Shown piece after piece: positions 36,230 through 48,749 of a stretch of 64,000 bases of DNA. Position 1 is the stretch's first letter, and every line of letters begins with the position of its first letter. The notes beneath the pieces were generated by a model, which was not told the origin of the DNA, made no database searches, and saw nothing but the letters and a program-made list of their open reading frames with translations. A program made the position numbers and the translations under genes. This DNA comes from Pristiophorus japonicus (lineage: Eukaryota). The stretch covers positions 218,984,001 through 219,048,000 of the forward strand of contig NC_091982.1 of the NCBI RefSeq assembly GCF_044704955.1. Reading direction: 5' to 3'.

Positions 36230-37290
36230 TTCTCCCCAGCCACCAGATGGCGATAATCCTGACCAAGTTTTACATATCAATGCAATGCAATCCTCCCCTT
36301 TTGTAAATTCCTTGCTGCTCTCAAAGTGCGGTCTTTCTATACATTTCCGAACTCTCGGGTCCTTCATTTCTTCAGATGCTGGTGACAAATCATTTATGGG
36401 TAGATCCTGATGGTTGTGATTGGGATAAACCCCTGGGCAACAGGTGAGGGGTTTCGGCCTCTAGTAAAGTGTCAATTGTTTAAAATATATTTTTCATCAG
36501 TTCATCAGTTTTTTTAATCGACAATCAACTTGAGAGCCATAACTGATGAGAAAACACTGATCCTCTTTCCCTCTTGAGTGTTAGCCATTCCCATTACAAT
36601 CAAAATTTCACAGAAACAATGGTTTCTACACTTAACTCTTCATTTGGCTCAACTGAAATATCCTGTAATGAGTAAATTCTGTCATCTTCCATTGTTTTGA
36701 CTGGGGAGAAATGCTTCCTTTCCTCCAAGTGCACATCTGGACCCTTGACTTCTTTTCACAAAATCAAATAATCAAAATGCACATGCCAGATTTTCTCTCC
36801 AACCTGAACCAAATAAGTCAAAGGCAGCAGTTTGTTTACTATTACATCATCGAACCACTTCTTTCACTCATGCTTGTTGGAGCACCATCCATTCTCTGCG
36901 TGTCACTCAATCCTTGTCAGGCTGAGTTTTCTCCTCTTCTTTCACTTCCACTACCTTGGCCCAGCCAGGTTTCAGTAAGCTGAAACCACTTTTCGGCTGT
37001 TCCTTCAAAAACAGTTCAACAGCAGAATACTCTGTTACAGAGTGCAGGGCTGCCTGTGCAGGAGCAGAAGATTTGCCACATAGTGTTGCAGGGCCAAGTT
37101 TGTTTTCCTCTGGGCAGAATGTAGTATTTGTTTAAAGAAGTGTTTGTTTAACAGTTTGCACAAACCATTCTGTGGGCTGATTTGAGGCAGCATAGTATGG
37201 TGCGAGGTAGAAAATTGGATGTTCGGTACCATGCAATTTTACAAACCTACATCTGGAGTTGCCAATGGATTCTTCTTATTTCCACACATT
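36230..37290 (-). mobile_element. Ancient Gypsy relic (integrase C-terminal half, PPT, start of 3' LTR)
   Basis: Manual translation gives FVKLHGTEH..APYYAASNQPTEWFVQTVKQ, ANLLLLHR, VELFLKEQPKSGFSLLKP and LVQVGEKIWHVHFDYL. PPT AAAAGGGGAGGA is at ~36291-36302. Confidence 0.72.
36237..36255 (+). promoter_or_regulatory. CTCF-like motif
   Basis: CAGCCACCAGATGGCGATA matches the CCACCAGRKGGC core. Confidence 0.4.
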
Positions 37291-37834
37291 CAATTTCAAT
37301 TGCACGTTCAATTTTTACATTTCATGTCCTTAAATTTGCACTATTTATCCCACAATGGTAACAGCTTTCCATATATGTGAGTTTCCTCCTTCCACATCTT
37401 TGCATACTGGCTTTCTTAATAAAGGTTATACCCATTTCTCACTGGAAGCAGCAATTTAGATACGCTAATGGTGGGAAATTTGTATTTCCTAACAATTCCT
37501 GTGGAATGTTACTTGCTATTTCTATTGCTAGGGCAATTTTTACAAGCACACTTAACTCTCAAGTCTTCCTCGGACAAGAGATTTGTTGTTATTGAATGGA
37601 TTCATTCCTGAAGCTACAAACAAAACAATCTCAGATAGTTCCATGAGAAATTATTTTAATAAGCATGTTTTTCAACTGATGTGACTGTTTCGACATAAGT
37701 CTTCAATGAAGTTTAATGCTTCATTGGATATATTAGCATATTTTACAAGTTCCAAACACGGAGAAGCAGAGTACAAGGGCTTCCTCAAGAACGGAGTGGT
37801 TAGAGGAATGTGTTTAGCATGTGTGGCCTCACTT

Positions 37835-38345
37835 TATAACAACAGATTGTATTTATATAGTGCCTTTAACATAGTAAAACGGTCCTAAGGTGCTTCACAG
37901 GAGGATGTCAAAGAAAGTTTGACACCAAGCCACATATTCGGGTAGCTAACCAAAATTAAGGGGTGTCTTAAAGAAGGAGAGTGAGGTAGAGATGCGGAGG
38001 GATTTAGGAAGGAATTCCAGAGTTTAAGGCCTCACCAGCTGAAGGCACGGCCACCAATGGTCGTGCGATTAAAATCGGGGATGCACAAGAGGCCAGAATT
38101 GGAGGAGCGCAAATATCTTGGAGGGTTAGCGGGCTGGAGGATGTTACAGAGATAGGCAGGAGTGAGGCCATGGAGGGAATTGAAAACAACGATGAGAATT
38201 GTAAAATCAAGACATTGCTTAAGCAGAAGCCAGTGTAGGTCAGCAAGCATAGGGGTGATGAGTGAAGGGGACTTACTGCGAGTTAGGACATGGACAACAG
38301 AGTTTTGGATGAGTTTAAGTTTATGTGGGGCGGAAGATGGGAGAT
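37835..38345 (-). mobile_element. L2 LINE 3' end
   Basis: KLKLIQNSV..ITPMLADLHWL..LHGLTPAYL..RYLRSS..GGRAFS, with an L2 tail CACTATATAAATACAA. Confidence 0.85.
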
Positions 38346-38714
38346 AAGGTAAATGCAATAACATTTTCAAACTGTGAGCAAGCATCATGTGACCAGACTC
38401 CATGTGATCAAATGTCACATGATCAAACCTCCAGGAATGCATCCTACATGAGTTGGCAACCCTACCCCTGGAGGGTTGGAAACCCTAAACTTAGATAGAT
38501 GCTTTGTCAGATTTCTGATGCACATTGCTAACATGTGGCTGTCCCATGAATCTGAACCCTTGCACACAAAATTTAACTTAAAAGTATTATTTTCAAATAA
38601 ATTACTCCAAACCCCCATAGCAAATAGTCAAAAATCCTGAAACATGACACCCACCCTAATACTTCCAGGTCAAGCAAACCTTTCCTCCCCAATTTTGAAC
38701 CTGCTATTTATTTC

Positions 38715-38733
38715 TGGCCACCAGGTGGCAATA
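38715..38733 (+). promoter_or_regulatory. CTCF-like motif
   Basis: TGGCCACCAGGTGGCAATA is a close consensus match. Confidence 0.45.
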
Positions 38734-39029
38734 GCCTCTTTCTTTACCAAATAATGTATTGCAGGGCTAAACATTGCTCAATTTACTTGTTACACTCACA
38801 ATTTTTATTTCTGCCCTAGAAGATTATATAGCTGTATAAATAATATTTGTAACAACATATTAAAAAAAATGAAAGAATTCCCCTAAAATCATGAAACTTA
38901 CCCATACAGTTGTTATTGTACCTAACTATTTCAGGTAACCTGAGAATCTCTTCTTCTTGCCGTTAGCTTTTTTTTTCAAATTGGGCTTTGTTACTCATCT
39001 CTTTTTTATAGTTAAGGCAATCGCACATT

Positions 39030-39440
39030 CCGTGCTACACCATGAGCATTGTGCATGGTTCTTGTCACCAAGACACAAAGGAGACATTGAAGCCCAAGAG
39101 GTGTCAGAGAAGAGCCACACGTCATCCCCCTATTTCAAAGGACTAAGTCATGAGGAAAGACTGGAGAAACTTAGGCTTTTCAAGCTCAAAAGTCAACTGG
39201 GTTGTGATCTTATGGAGGTATATAAGATGGCAAACCATGTAGAAAAAGTCAATCCTGAACATTAAACGAAGGCCCTGGGGCATTGAGTCACGAGTTCAAA
39301 CTAGTGACATTACATTTAGGGTTGACATCAAGAACTTCCTCACACAGTGATCAACACATAGAATGGATTTCCAGGTAGAGTTGTAGAGGTGGAAACCTGG
39401 GATTATTTCAGAAACAATTAGCTACTGTAATGAGGTCAAT
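39030..39440 (+). mobile_element. Old degenerate CR1 3' fragment
   Basis: KGLSHEERLEKLRLFKL..CDLMEVYK reading. Confidence 0.7.
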
Positions 39441-39526
39441 GGGATGAACATTGCATGGTTTCTACAATAGCTGGACCATAATCTGCTCTGCCAGATGATG
39501 GTCCGTGTGGTGAAGGTAAAACTTAC

Positions 39527-40079
39527 CCCTTACATAGACTGTCTGCATCTATTTAACAACTGATTAAGGCTGCTTTGAGGCTAAGTCCACAGTTACAAAG
39601 CTGAAATAGTCAGGACTGAGCATTGATAAGATTAACAATTTGGACGTTCTTCTGCACACACTAAATTTCTGACCCCTTAGAAAAAAAACGCTTTCTAAGA
39701 AAAAAGCAAAACTGGCTCTTGCATTATCTGTTTTGAGACTCTGAGTAAAACAACTGAGGCCAGGTCTTGCTGGAGGTCTCTCTGACTTAATCCGAGCCCC
39801 ATTCATTCTGGTCGTTCCTGCTTTTGTTCAGTTTGCAACCTTTCGGAATCAGATGAGCTACAACTGGATGTCCTGCATGCTGTTGTTATGGTGGACAAGA
39901 CTGTAGTTCACTCTGAGGGTGGACACACGCACCTGCTCCTGGACCACTCCTGCTCTTTGGTGTCTCCTGGACTCTCCAGCGCGGATCCCCCACTCTCCTC
40001 TCTCTAGCTCTCCTATCTCCAGCTGGTCTCACGCTGACTCCTCTGCGCGCTGAGGCTGCTGCGCACAAACACAAACACG
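39527..40079 (-). other. Candidate host exon (internal, or alternative first exon ending M-Q-T-V-Y-V-R)
   Basis: Unique GC/GA-rich sequence with acceptor CTTTCATACAG at 40080, strong donor GG/GTAAGT at 39526, and an ATG at 39548. Confidence 0.35.
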
Positions 40080-40280
40080 CTGTATGAAAGCTAATGGTAT
40101 TTGTAAGTCATGTACACTGATTACAGGTGAAAATAATCCTGACTCGTGAACGTTAGCAAGAAGTAATGAGGATTAAGTATTCAGACAGACAACAGTCGTC
40201 TAACACTATTTCTACTCCTTCCTTTCTCTCCTCTCCTGCTCCAGAAAGTGGATACCTTAGAGACTTAGCAACTGTCTTAC

Positions 40281-40289
40281 CCCAAAAAT
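40281..40289 (-). other. Candidate 9-nt microexon ATTTTTGGG
   Basis: TGTGCATCTATGTCTCGTCTGTTAG / ATTTTTGGG / GTAAGA. Confidence 0.4.
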
Positions 40290-40344
40290 CTAACAGACGA
40301 GACATAGATGCACACAATTTAAAAAAAAAGAAAAATTCCCTTAC

Positions 40345-40354
40345 CTTTCACTAC
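40345..40354 (-). other. Candidate 10-nt microexon GTAGTGAAAG
   Basis: CCCTCCATGTCTCTTTCGCAG / GTAGTGAAAG / GTAAGG. Confidence 0.42.
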
Positions 40355-42259
40355 CTGCGAAAGAGACATGGAGGGATCCAAAATCTTTTGCTGCATCATT
40401 GCTAATATCGCATTCACAAAATGGGGGAAAAGTTTATGAAGAAATGATTATTGATTTTATTGGTTGTATTTACAGACATCCAATAAATACAATTTGACTG
40501 ATTATGTCACATTAAACAGTATATTTGTCTACTGCATCCAGCTCCTTTCCACCCCCTAAGGTATAAACATCAGAAGCACGTGCATTAAATTTAAAAAATA
40601 TATAATTTTCTCCAGCAAGTAACAAATTTATTGTCACTGGATATTTCTATTTGATACATAAAATATAGTTTCACAGAATTCATTCCATCAGTTGGTGGAG
40701 GACACATTACCAAAACAATGTACTTCTATGCACAACTAAGTGACAGAAATATCTCATTTTGTACACATCTTTTTGCTAAACAGAGCAGGCCACCTAAGTT
40801 TGAAATATGTTCAAATTCATTTTTTCATTCCAATTCATTTATATTTTAAATCTGATTCAGAGCTTATCTCTGCCCCATGCCAGTCTTTACCGCAGTAATT
40901 ATTCTCAGTAGTCCTGCTAATGGTCATTGACGTTAGCGCATTTCTAGGCAGTGCGTGGGCAGAAGCTGGTAATTTATGTGGGAGATTTTGTGTAATGTTG
41001 TGCAAAAATAATGATTTACATATGACATGGAAAAACAAGAGATGCTATCATTCAGGTCACTGCTGAATTATTCTAAATTTTTAAGGCTTTTACCTTTCTC
41101 CTGAAGAACACTTTGCAAGACCGCATATAACCAAAATAAATGTTGTAAACTGTTCCATTATAATGTAGCTTACCAAAGATCATTTGAAATTACATTACAT
41201 TTCAAATGACATTTTCTTTAAATTCACAAGGGTGCATGAAGCAAAGCTCTTTGCCCAATCCTCACATGATTCTTAGACTCTTCTATCATTATTCTTTTTC
41301 CTTCCTAAACAATGTAAATACTCCATTTGGAATATTTATGATTCAATTATCAAACCGGTTCTTTTTATTTCAAAGACTGAGCACATCTCTCCTGTTTAGA
41401 AGTCAAACTTTACAAAAAGTCAGAACTATTACGAAACCACAAAGGCACCACTTTCACTGACCATCTGAAAACATCCTCGTGCATCAATTACATCAAAGGT
41501 GCTGTTCCTTCAGCCAATACCAATTACATTTTGGACACTTTTAGTAAACATCCTATGGCAAATAATGGCAAGGACACTTTATTGCAGTAGCGGCTTTGGG
41601 AAGAGCAAGAAAATGATTACTTCAAAACCACTAAAAGGAGCTCTTTGGTCACGCTCAGTTCAGCTTTTCCTAGACATCAAGGTGAGGCAAGCTGATCTGA
41701 AGACCAACCAGAAGAACAATGTGCCACTGATGACCAGCTCAAGACAGATCATTGGAGGCCTTCAACTTTAAGGCAGTGGAGAGGTGACACTTGGCCACAT
41801 GGGTTACTACATGTCAGAAGACTTGAGTGGTTTATTTCACGAAGAAAAATTCTCCTTATGGGCAGATGTCTGTAAACCAGTTGCATAGTCAATTGGCCCC
41901 AGATATCTGGAAAATCACTGAGAAGTTTTAACCTTTTCACGTAAAAGTCTTGCATATGGAATGTGCTTCCTGTCCACATTAACCTTACTTCTTGTCACAA
42001 TCTTTGACCAACACTTTGTTATGCCAACATTTAAAATGGAAAATGGCTCTGACTAGGTTTGCCTGTCATGTTGTATCTGCTGGTTTCCTGCCACGAAGTG
42101 CTACTGTTCAGTGGCAGAGCGAGGTTTGCTTGACTCAGGAGGATCCAACTTGAGATTTGACAGACTTGGCAGGAAAGGAACCAAGCTGGGAATTGGGGAA
42201 TGTCGGCATACCGAGTGCGAAGGTCAAGCTGGGGACTGTACAGACCAGTTTGTAGAGGT

Positions 42260-44630
42260 TCCTGTGAGTGAGGTTGCGGGTTTAGGAGGTGCTGTCGGAG
42301 AAGCTTTGGCAAGTTGTAGATGGTACAGTGCACCAGTGGTGAAGGTTTAAGGTAGTGGATGGGGTGCCAATCAAGTGGGCTGCTTTGTCCTAGATGGTGT
42401 TGAACTTCTTGAGTGCTGTTGGAGCTTCTCTCATCCAGGCAAGAACACAAGAAATAGGAGCAGGAGTAGGCCATTTGACCCTTCGAGCCTGCTCCGTCAT
42501 TTAATAAGATCACGGCTGATCAAAATGGAGAGTATTCCATCACACTCCTGACTTGTGTCTTGTAGGTGGTACAAAGATTTTGAGGAATCAGGAGGTGAGA
42601 CACTCACCACAGAATACACAGCTTCTGACCTGCTCTTGTGACCACAGTATTTATGTGGTTGGTCCAGTTAAGTTTCTTGTCAATGAAGACCCACAGGATT
42701 TTGATGGTGGGAGATTCGGCGATAGTAATGCCGTTGAATGTCAAGGGGCAGTAGTTTGACTCTCCCTTGTTGGAGATAGTCATTGTCTGGCACTTGTGTG
42801 GTGTGAATGGTACTTGCCACTTATCAGCCCAAGCCTGAATGTCGTACAGATCTTGCTGTATGCAGGCATGGACTTATTCTGAGGAGTTGTGAATGAAACT
42901 TAAGACTGTGCAATCAGCAGCGAACATCCCCACTTCTGAACTTATGATCGAGGAAATGTCATTGATGAAGCAGCTGAAGATTGTTGGGCCTAGAATACTG
43001 CCCTGAGGTACTCCTGCAATGATGTCCTGGGGACTGAGATGATTGGCCTCCAATCACCACATCCATATTCCTTTGTGCTAGGTATTAATCCAGCCAGTGG
43101 CGAGTCTGCCCACTGATTCCCATTTACTTCAATTGGTCAAAAGCTGCCTTGATGCCACGGGCAGTTACTCTCACCTCACCTCTGGAATTCAGCTCTTTTT
43201 TCCATGTGTGAACCTAGGCTGTAATGAGGTCTGGAGCTGAGTAGTCCTGACGGAACCCAAACTGAGCATTGGTGAACAAGTTATTGGTGAGTAAGTGCCA
43301 CTTGATAGCACTTTCAACAACACCTTTCATCACCTTGCTGATGATTGAGAGTAGACTTTTGGGGCGATAAATGGCTGGATTGGATTTGTCCTGCTCTTTG
43401 TGGATAGGACATAGCTGGGCAGTTTTCCACATTGTCAGGTAGATGCCAGTATTGTAGCTGTACTGGAACAGCTTAGATGGAGGTGCGGCTAGGTCTGGGG
43501 CACATGTCTTCAGCATGTATCCAGTGCACTCAGCCATTTCTTAATATCACGTGGAGTGAATCAAATTGGCTGAAGACTGGCCTCAGGAGGAGGCCGAAAT
43601 GGATCATCAACTCAGCACTTCTAGCTGAAGATGGTTGCAAATGCTTCAGCCTTGTCTTTTGCACTCACGTGCTGGGCTCTACCATTATTGAGGATGGGGA
43701 TATTCATGGAGCCTCTTCCTCCCGTTAGTAGTTTAATTGTCTACCAACATTTGCAACTGGATGTGGCAGGAATGCAGAGCTATGATCTGATCCATTGGTT
43801 GTGGGATCGCTTAGCCTTGTCTATAGTATGCTGTTTCTGTTGTTTAGCATGTAGTCCTGTGTTGCAGCATCCCAGGTTGGCACCTCATTTTTAGGTACAC
43901 CTGGTGTTGTTCCTCTTCCACACTCCTCATTGAACCTGGGTTGGTCCCCTGGCTTGATGGTAATGGTAGAGTGAGAGATATGCCGGGCCATGAGGTTACA
44001 GATTGTGATGGAATACAATTCTGCTGCTGCTGATGGCCCACAGTGCCTCATGGATACTCAGTTTTGAGCTGCTAGATCTGTTCTGAATCTATCCCATTTA
44101 GCACGGTGGTGGTGCCACACAACACGATGGAGGGTGTCCTCAGTGTGAAGATGGGACTTCGTCTCCACAAGGACTGTGTGGTGGTCACTGCTACCAATAC
44201 TAACATGGGCACGTGCATCTGTGACAGGTAGATTGGTGAAGATGAGATCACGTAAGTTTTTCCCTCATGTTAGTTCTCTCATCACCTGCCGCAGGCCCAG
44301 TCTGGCAGTTTTGTCCTTTAGGGCTCGATCAACAATGCTGCTACCGAGCCACTTTTGGTGATGAACATTGAAGTGCACCAACCAGACTACATTCTGTTCT
44401 CTTGCTACCCTCAGTGCTTCTTCCAAGTAGTGTTCAACATGTACTAATTCATCAGCTGAGGGAGGGCGGTAGGTGGTAATCAGCAGGAGGTTTCCTTGCC
44501 CATGCTTGACCTAAAGCCATGAGACTTCATGGTGTCTGGAGTCAATATTGAGGACTCCCAGGGCCATGCCTTCTCAACTGTATACCACGCTACGGCCACC
44601 TCTGGTGGGTCTGTCCTGCCGGTGGGACAG
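42260..44630 (-). mobile_element. Degenerate CR1/L2-superclade LINE (APE and RT), a distinct family
   Basis: KTCAPDLAAPPSKLFQYSYNTGIY..NPAIYRPKSLLSIISKV..AQFGFRQ, a GVPQG-like motif near 43005, and an APE-like FNVHHQKWLGS near 44360. A small CR1 tail is inserted at ~42442-42520. Confidence 0.82.
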
Positions 44631-44990
44631 CTCCTCCAGAGCGGTCCAGGCAGCGGAAGCATTGGTCGATGAACCCTTTAAATAGCACTGGTGGGGTCCT
44701 TCATTTTGCTTAACATATGTTCAACTGTGCGAATTTAAGACAGGACGTTGGCTGGAGTGTGAAGTTCGAAAATCGCAACGTGGCATCAAATCAGCATTGC
44801 ACACTGATTAACGCCATAATCTGCTTACTCTGCATGCTGCCGGCAGTCATTAGGTGCACGCACACCCTTTTAACAAGATGGCGTACTTCCTCTCAGAAGT
44901 GTGCATGCATCTCAGACCCCATTTGAGAGTGTTAGGTTGCCATGTAGTGCTTAAAAACAGGCCCCACAGAGCTCAATTTAACCACCAATT
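44630..44990. mobile_element. MITE-like fragment
   Basis: CpG-bearing block abutting the LINE 5' break and ending in CAATTTAACCACC. Confidence 0.35.
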
Positions 44991-45239
44991 TAGCACAAAT
45001 GAACATAAGATCCCTGCTAAATTCATAAAAATGAGCCAAAACTATCATCTGGTTTGAACCGAATGCTATCACATGGGCGTTCAGAGACATCTGTTATCTG
45101 GTTCTATTCCATGCATAAATTCTGGGTTCATATTGTTAGAAATATAATCAGTGACACTGCAGTGATTTTGTTAATAGCTTGAGTATATATGAAGGAGGAA
45201 AGAAGGGAAAGGGAAAGAAAAGGAATTCAGCTTGACTTA

Positions 45240-45630
45240 CTGGTAGTAACCTCACTTTTGAGTCAGAAGGCTGTGGGGTCAAGTCCTACTGCAGGCCTCG
45301 AGAGTATAATCTAGGCTGATATTTCAATGCAGTACTGAGGGAGTGCTGCAATGCTGGAGGTGCTTTCTTTCAGATGAAATGTTAAATTAAGTTCCTGTCC
45401 ACCTGTTCAGGTGGATTTAAAAGATCTCGTGGGAGGGAAGGGAAGTGCTCCAAATTTTGTCAACACTACAAAAACAGATTAAGTTGCCATTTACTTCATT
45501 GCTATTTGTGGGACTTTGCCGTACACAAATAAGCTGCGGCATTTTCCTGCATAACAGTAACTATGCTTCAGAGGTAGTTCATTGTCTGTGAAGCGCGAAG
45601 TCCTGAGATATGAAAGGCACTGTATATATA
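45240..45630 (+). mobile_element. Deu-type SINE
   Basis: TGAGTCAGAAGG..GCAGTACTGAGGGAGTGCTGCA..TGAAAGGCACTGTATA, homologous to 6000-7830. Confidence 0.75.
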
Positions 45631-48600
45631 CACATTATTTCTTTATATTAATGATAATTCGAGTTTTCCATAATTCTAGGTCACTGCAGACCTTTGGGAA
45701 TGTTGTGTGCTCACTACCATACACTGGTACAACTCTAAATTTGAAAGTCTGCAAAAACCCTACAGCCAAATAACTTCTTGCAAAAGGCAATTTACAAATG
45801 CCGCACATCAGCGATAATTCAACAAATCAAAAAACTCCACAAAACCTTTGTCAACAGACAGCAAATGGAGCCTTGGCCTTTTCACATTCAGCATGAAAAA
45901 TAAAGCTGAAGCAATAGAATGGGTTCTCACAATACATCCCTCCATTTAAAACAACAACGTGTCATCCAAAGTTCAACCTGCCAGAGGCAAGACACATCTT
46001 TATTGCCCTCTTGTGCTCTCAATGATTGTCGGTGGGGGTAAACACACAGCTTATGGTTTGACCAGATTGGTGATAATCTGCTGAAGCTAAAGTTATTCAG
46101 GTGACAACTTAATGGGCAGGCATATTTTTTATTTTTTAGCACTTAGTAGAAATGATCAGACAGTTTCTGACCGTCATTTTTGATCTGTTTAATATTTGGT
46201 CTCTTGTCATTCTCCCAAACAAGGTTTCCGTAAAGTCTAAAGCTGACCAAGTTTAAAACTTTGTGAGGTGAAAGACATTTATAGCAATTTAAAAATAATT
46301 ATTCATACATTGTTGGCTCTGTAAATAGTCCACGCTTTATTTTTTGAGCCAAGCTGTTGCCCACAGGATAATTCAGAATTAAACTGGCAATATGGAATTT
46401 CCCCCGTGGGTACATTCATCTTTCTGTACAGACACAACTTAGCTGGACATAAAACTTTGGGGTAGATCTCCAGCTGGAGAGAGATCTGGTGCTGCTGGAC
46501 AAGTCCAAACAGAGAGTTCCTTTTACTAAAGAACAGCAGAGCCTTTCCTTGTCCCATCTGGCACTTTCCAACAATACAATTCCGAAGCACTGACACTTGG
46601 CACAACCTCTTTCAGTACTGGCTTTGGTCACTGAAGTTGCCCAATGTGAAAAAGTGCAGTCCTGAGCACAGGAAGACTTTACAATTTTATGAAGCAGCTT
46701 AGGTGGACAATTTGAAGAACTGGATTTAATTCCGGAATACAATTTTATTCATCTCCTCTATCTTTAATTAGTCAATCTCTAAATAGTTGAATGCTGAGAT
46801 TTCTGAAATGTCCTTTTTTCCTAAAAACCAGATGCATCAGGCATTATTTAGTTGTTATGCTGCACACAAATGTAGAAAAGGCACCCATCTTTAATAGTTC
46901 AATGTGAAAGAAATGTGGGCCTCTGATAACTGTATTCAATAAAAATGATTAATAAAGAAGATTGATCCAGGATTCCTCAAGTGGCTCAATAAGTAAACAC
47001 TTGGCCTGGTGTAATATGGAGCCATACAGCTCAGTGTCTCAGACATGCCAACTGTTCCTATTTGATGCGGATAGTCAGCATGTCCAAAATGGTGCTGACT
47101 TTTGCTTTCAGACAAAAATCAGTAAAGTTTGGCCTCCCTTCATGGCGCCGCCTGTGACTCCTTCCTCCTGTTGGAGCTCCAGTTTTCAATACTGCAACAA
47201 GAACTCTTGTGGGAGCAGGAGTTCCCACAACCAGGTGCAATGGTATTCATAATCAGAGCAGTAACAACAGTTACTGTCGGTCAGTTTTTTCGCTAGCTTT
47301 CTAGGCTGGTCTGTTGGTCCCTGTACAGCGATTTCTAAAGTCACTCCAAACGAATCTGCAACAATATTGAGAATTCATTCACCACTTTGTAAATGAAGAT
47401 AATATCAAAACACTACACATATATTTCAAGCAACTGATTGACTACTTTTCTTTCATAGATAAGCTTCATTTTATTTACTTCAGAAAACAGGTTTACTTAT
47501 ATACACGACAAAAAGAATTACTGAAGCCATTTTGCAAATCTATGGGAAAGAAAAGCATTCAAAACAGCATATTTATAAAGAGAATGAGTGAGAGTGCATA
47601 CCAAGAACCAGTATTGGTCAGACTGCATTGTACAGAGTTTTTTCATACATATCTGTTTTGTTCTTTTATATAGTACAGATAACGTGCCACGATCCCTCAT
47701 TGCCTAAGATTTACAATGGCAGTGTCACTTTGATACTTGTCATTAATGAATGCGGTTATTACATTAGACTTTTCTTTCATTGCCTACATTCACCAGCGCA
47801 ATGACTTTCCTTCCCTCTCATTGGAAAGAGATTCTTTTTGAAGAAATTTCCCCCCAGGGGCACATTCATCTTTATGTACAACTCCAGCTGCTGACTGCCT
47901 CTGATGGGAAAGAGTGCAAGGTGATTGAGCTCAAATATTGAAAGATGTCTGATAAAGCGCACAATAAAAATGAGGGTATTATATACACTTTCCTCTGGAA
48001 TCAAATCTGTACAGGTTGTTTATGCAGCACGTTATCATCTGTCTTCTTAACTGAACTCCTTATCTCCGAAATGGCTTACTCAAGGGATTATGTCCAATGG
48101 GTAAAATAGAACAGCAGGTTTATTTAAAAAAATATAATTAAATGTCTTGAACACAGTACATTCAATTCTAGATTGTTCTGGAATTATAAGGCTGATGGTA
48201 TTATTGCCTTTCACTATCCTAAGTTTACTTTAAGCACAGCTATAAGCAAAAAATGCAAATGTAGAGTCTATGATTTCAAATACCCAGACCAAAACTGAAT
48301 ATGAAATGATATTTGTCATCATCTGCCAACCCTCTGGATGAAGTAGGCAGCAACCTACTCATGGTGTGGATTCACTGTCGAAAGATTTGATTTGGCAAAC
48401 TCATCTGTGGCAATTATAAAATTACAATCTATGGAAATTTTAAGTGAATCACCTAACCAGAATTTAGCACAAATCAGACTCCCTGCACAACTTCCAACTA
48501 CTATTATTCGTTACCTTAGATACAATATACACACTGACATATAGCTACACATTTGCAAACTTCTGTGGTGGCTCATGGAAAGTTATAATGCTGTTGTTGC

Positions 48601-48749
48601 GGGTGGAGGGGGAGCTAGGGGTGTGCGGGTGGGGGGGGAGGCGGTCCTGGCATGGAAGAAATTGGAAAAGAGTTTGTAGATGACCTCGCCATAGACGGTT
48701 GAGTGTTTCTGATTGGTTCCTGGAAAACAAGCGTAAATTCTTAAAATGG

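Noticed and set aside
47078-47102. REST/RE1 site (minus strand TCAGCACC..GGACA)
   Set aside because: The half-site spacing is non-canonical and the right half is incomplete.
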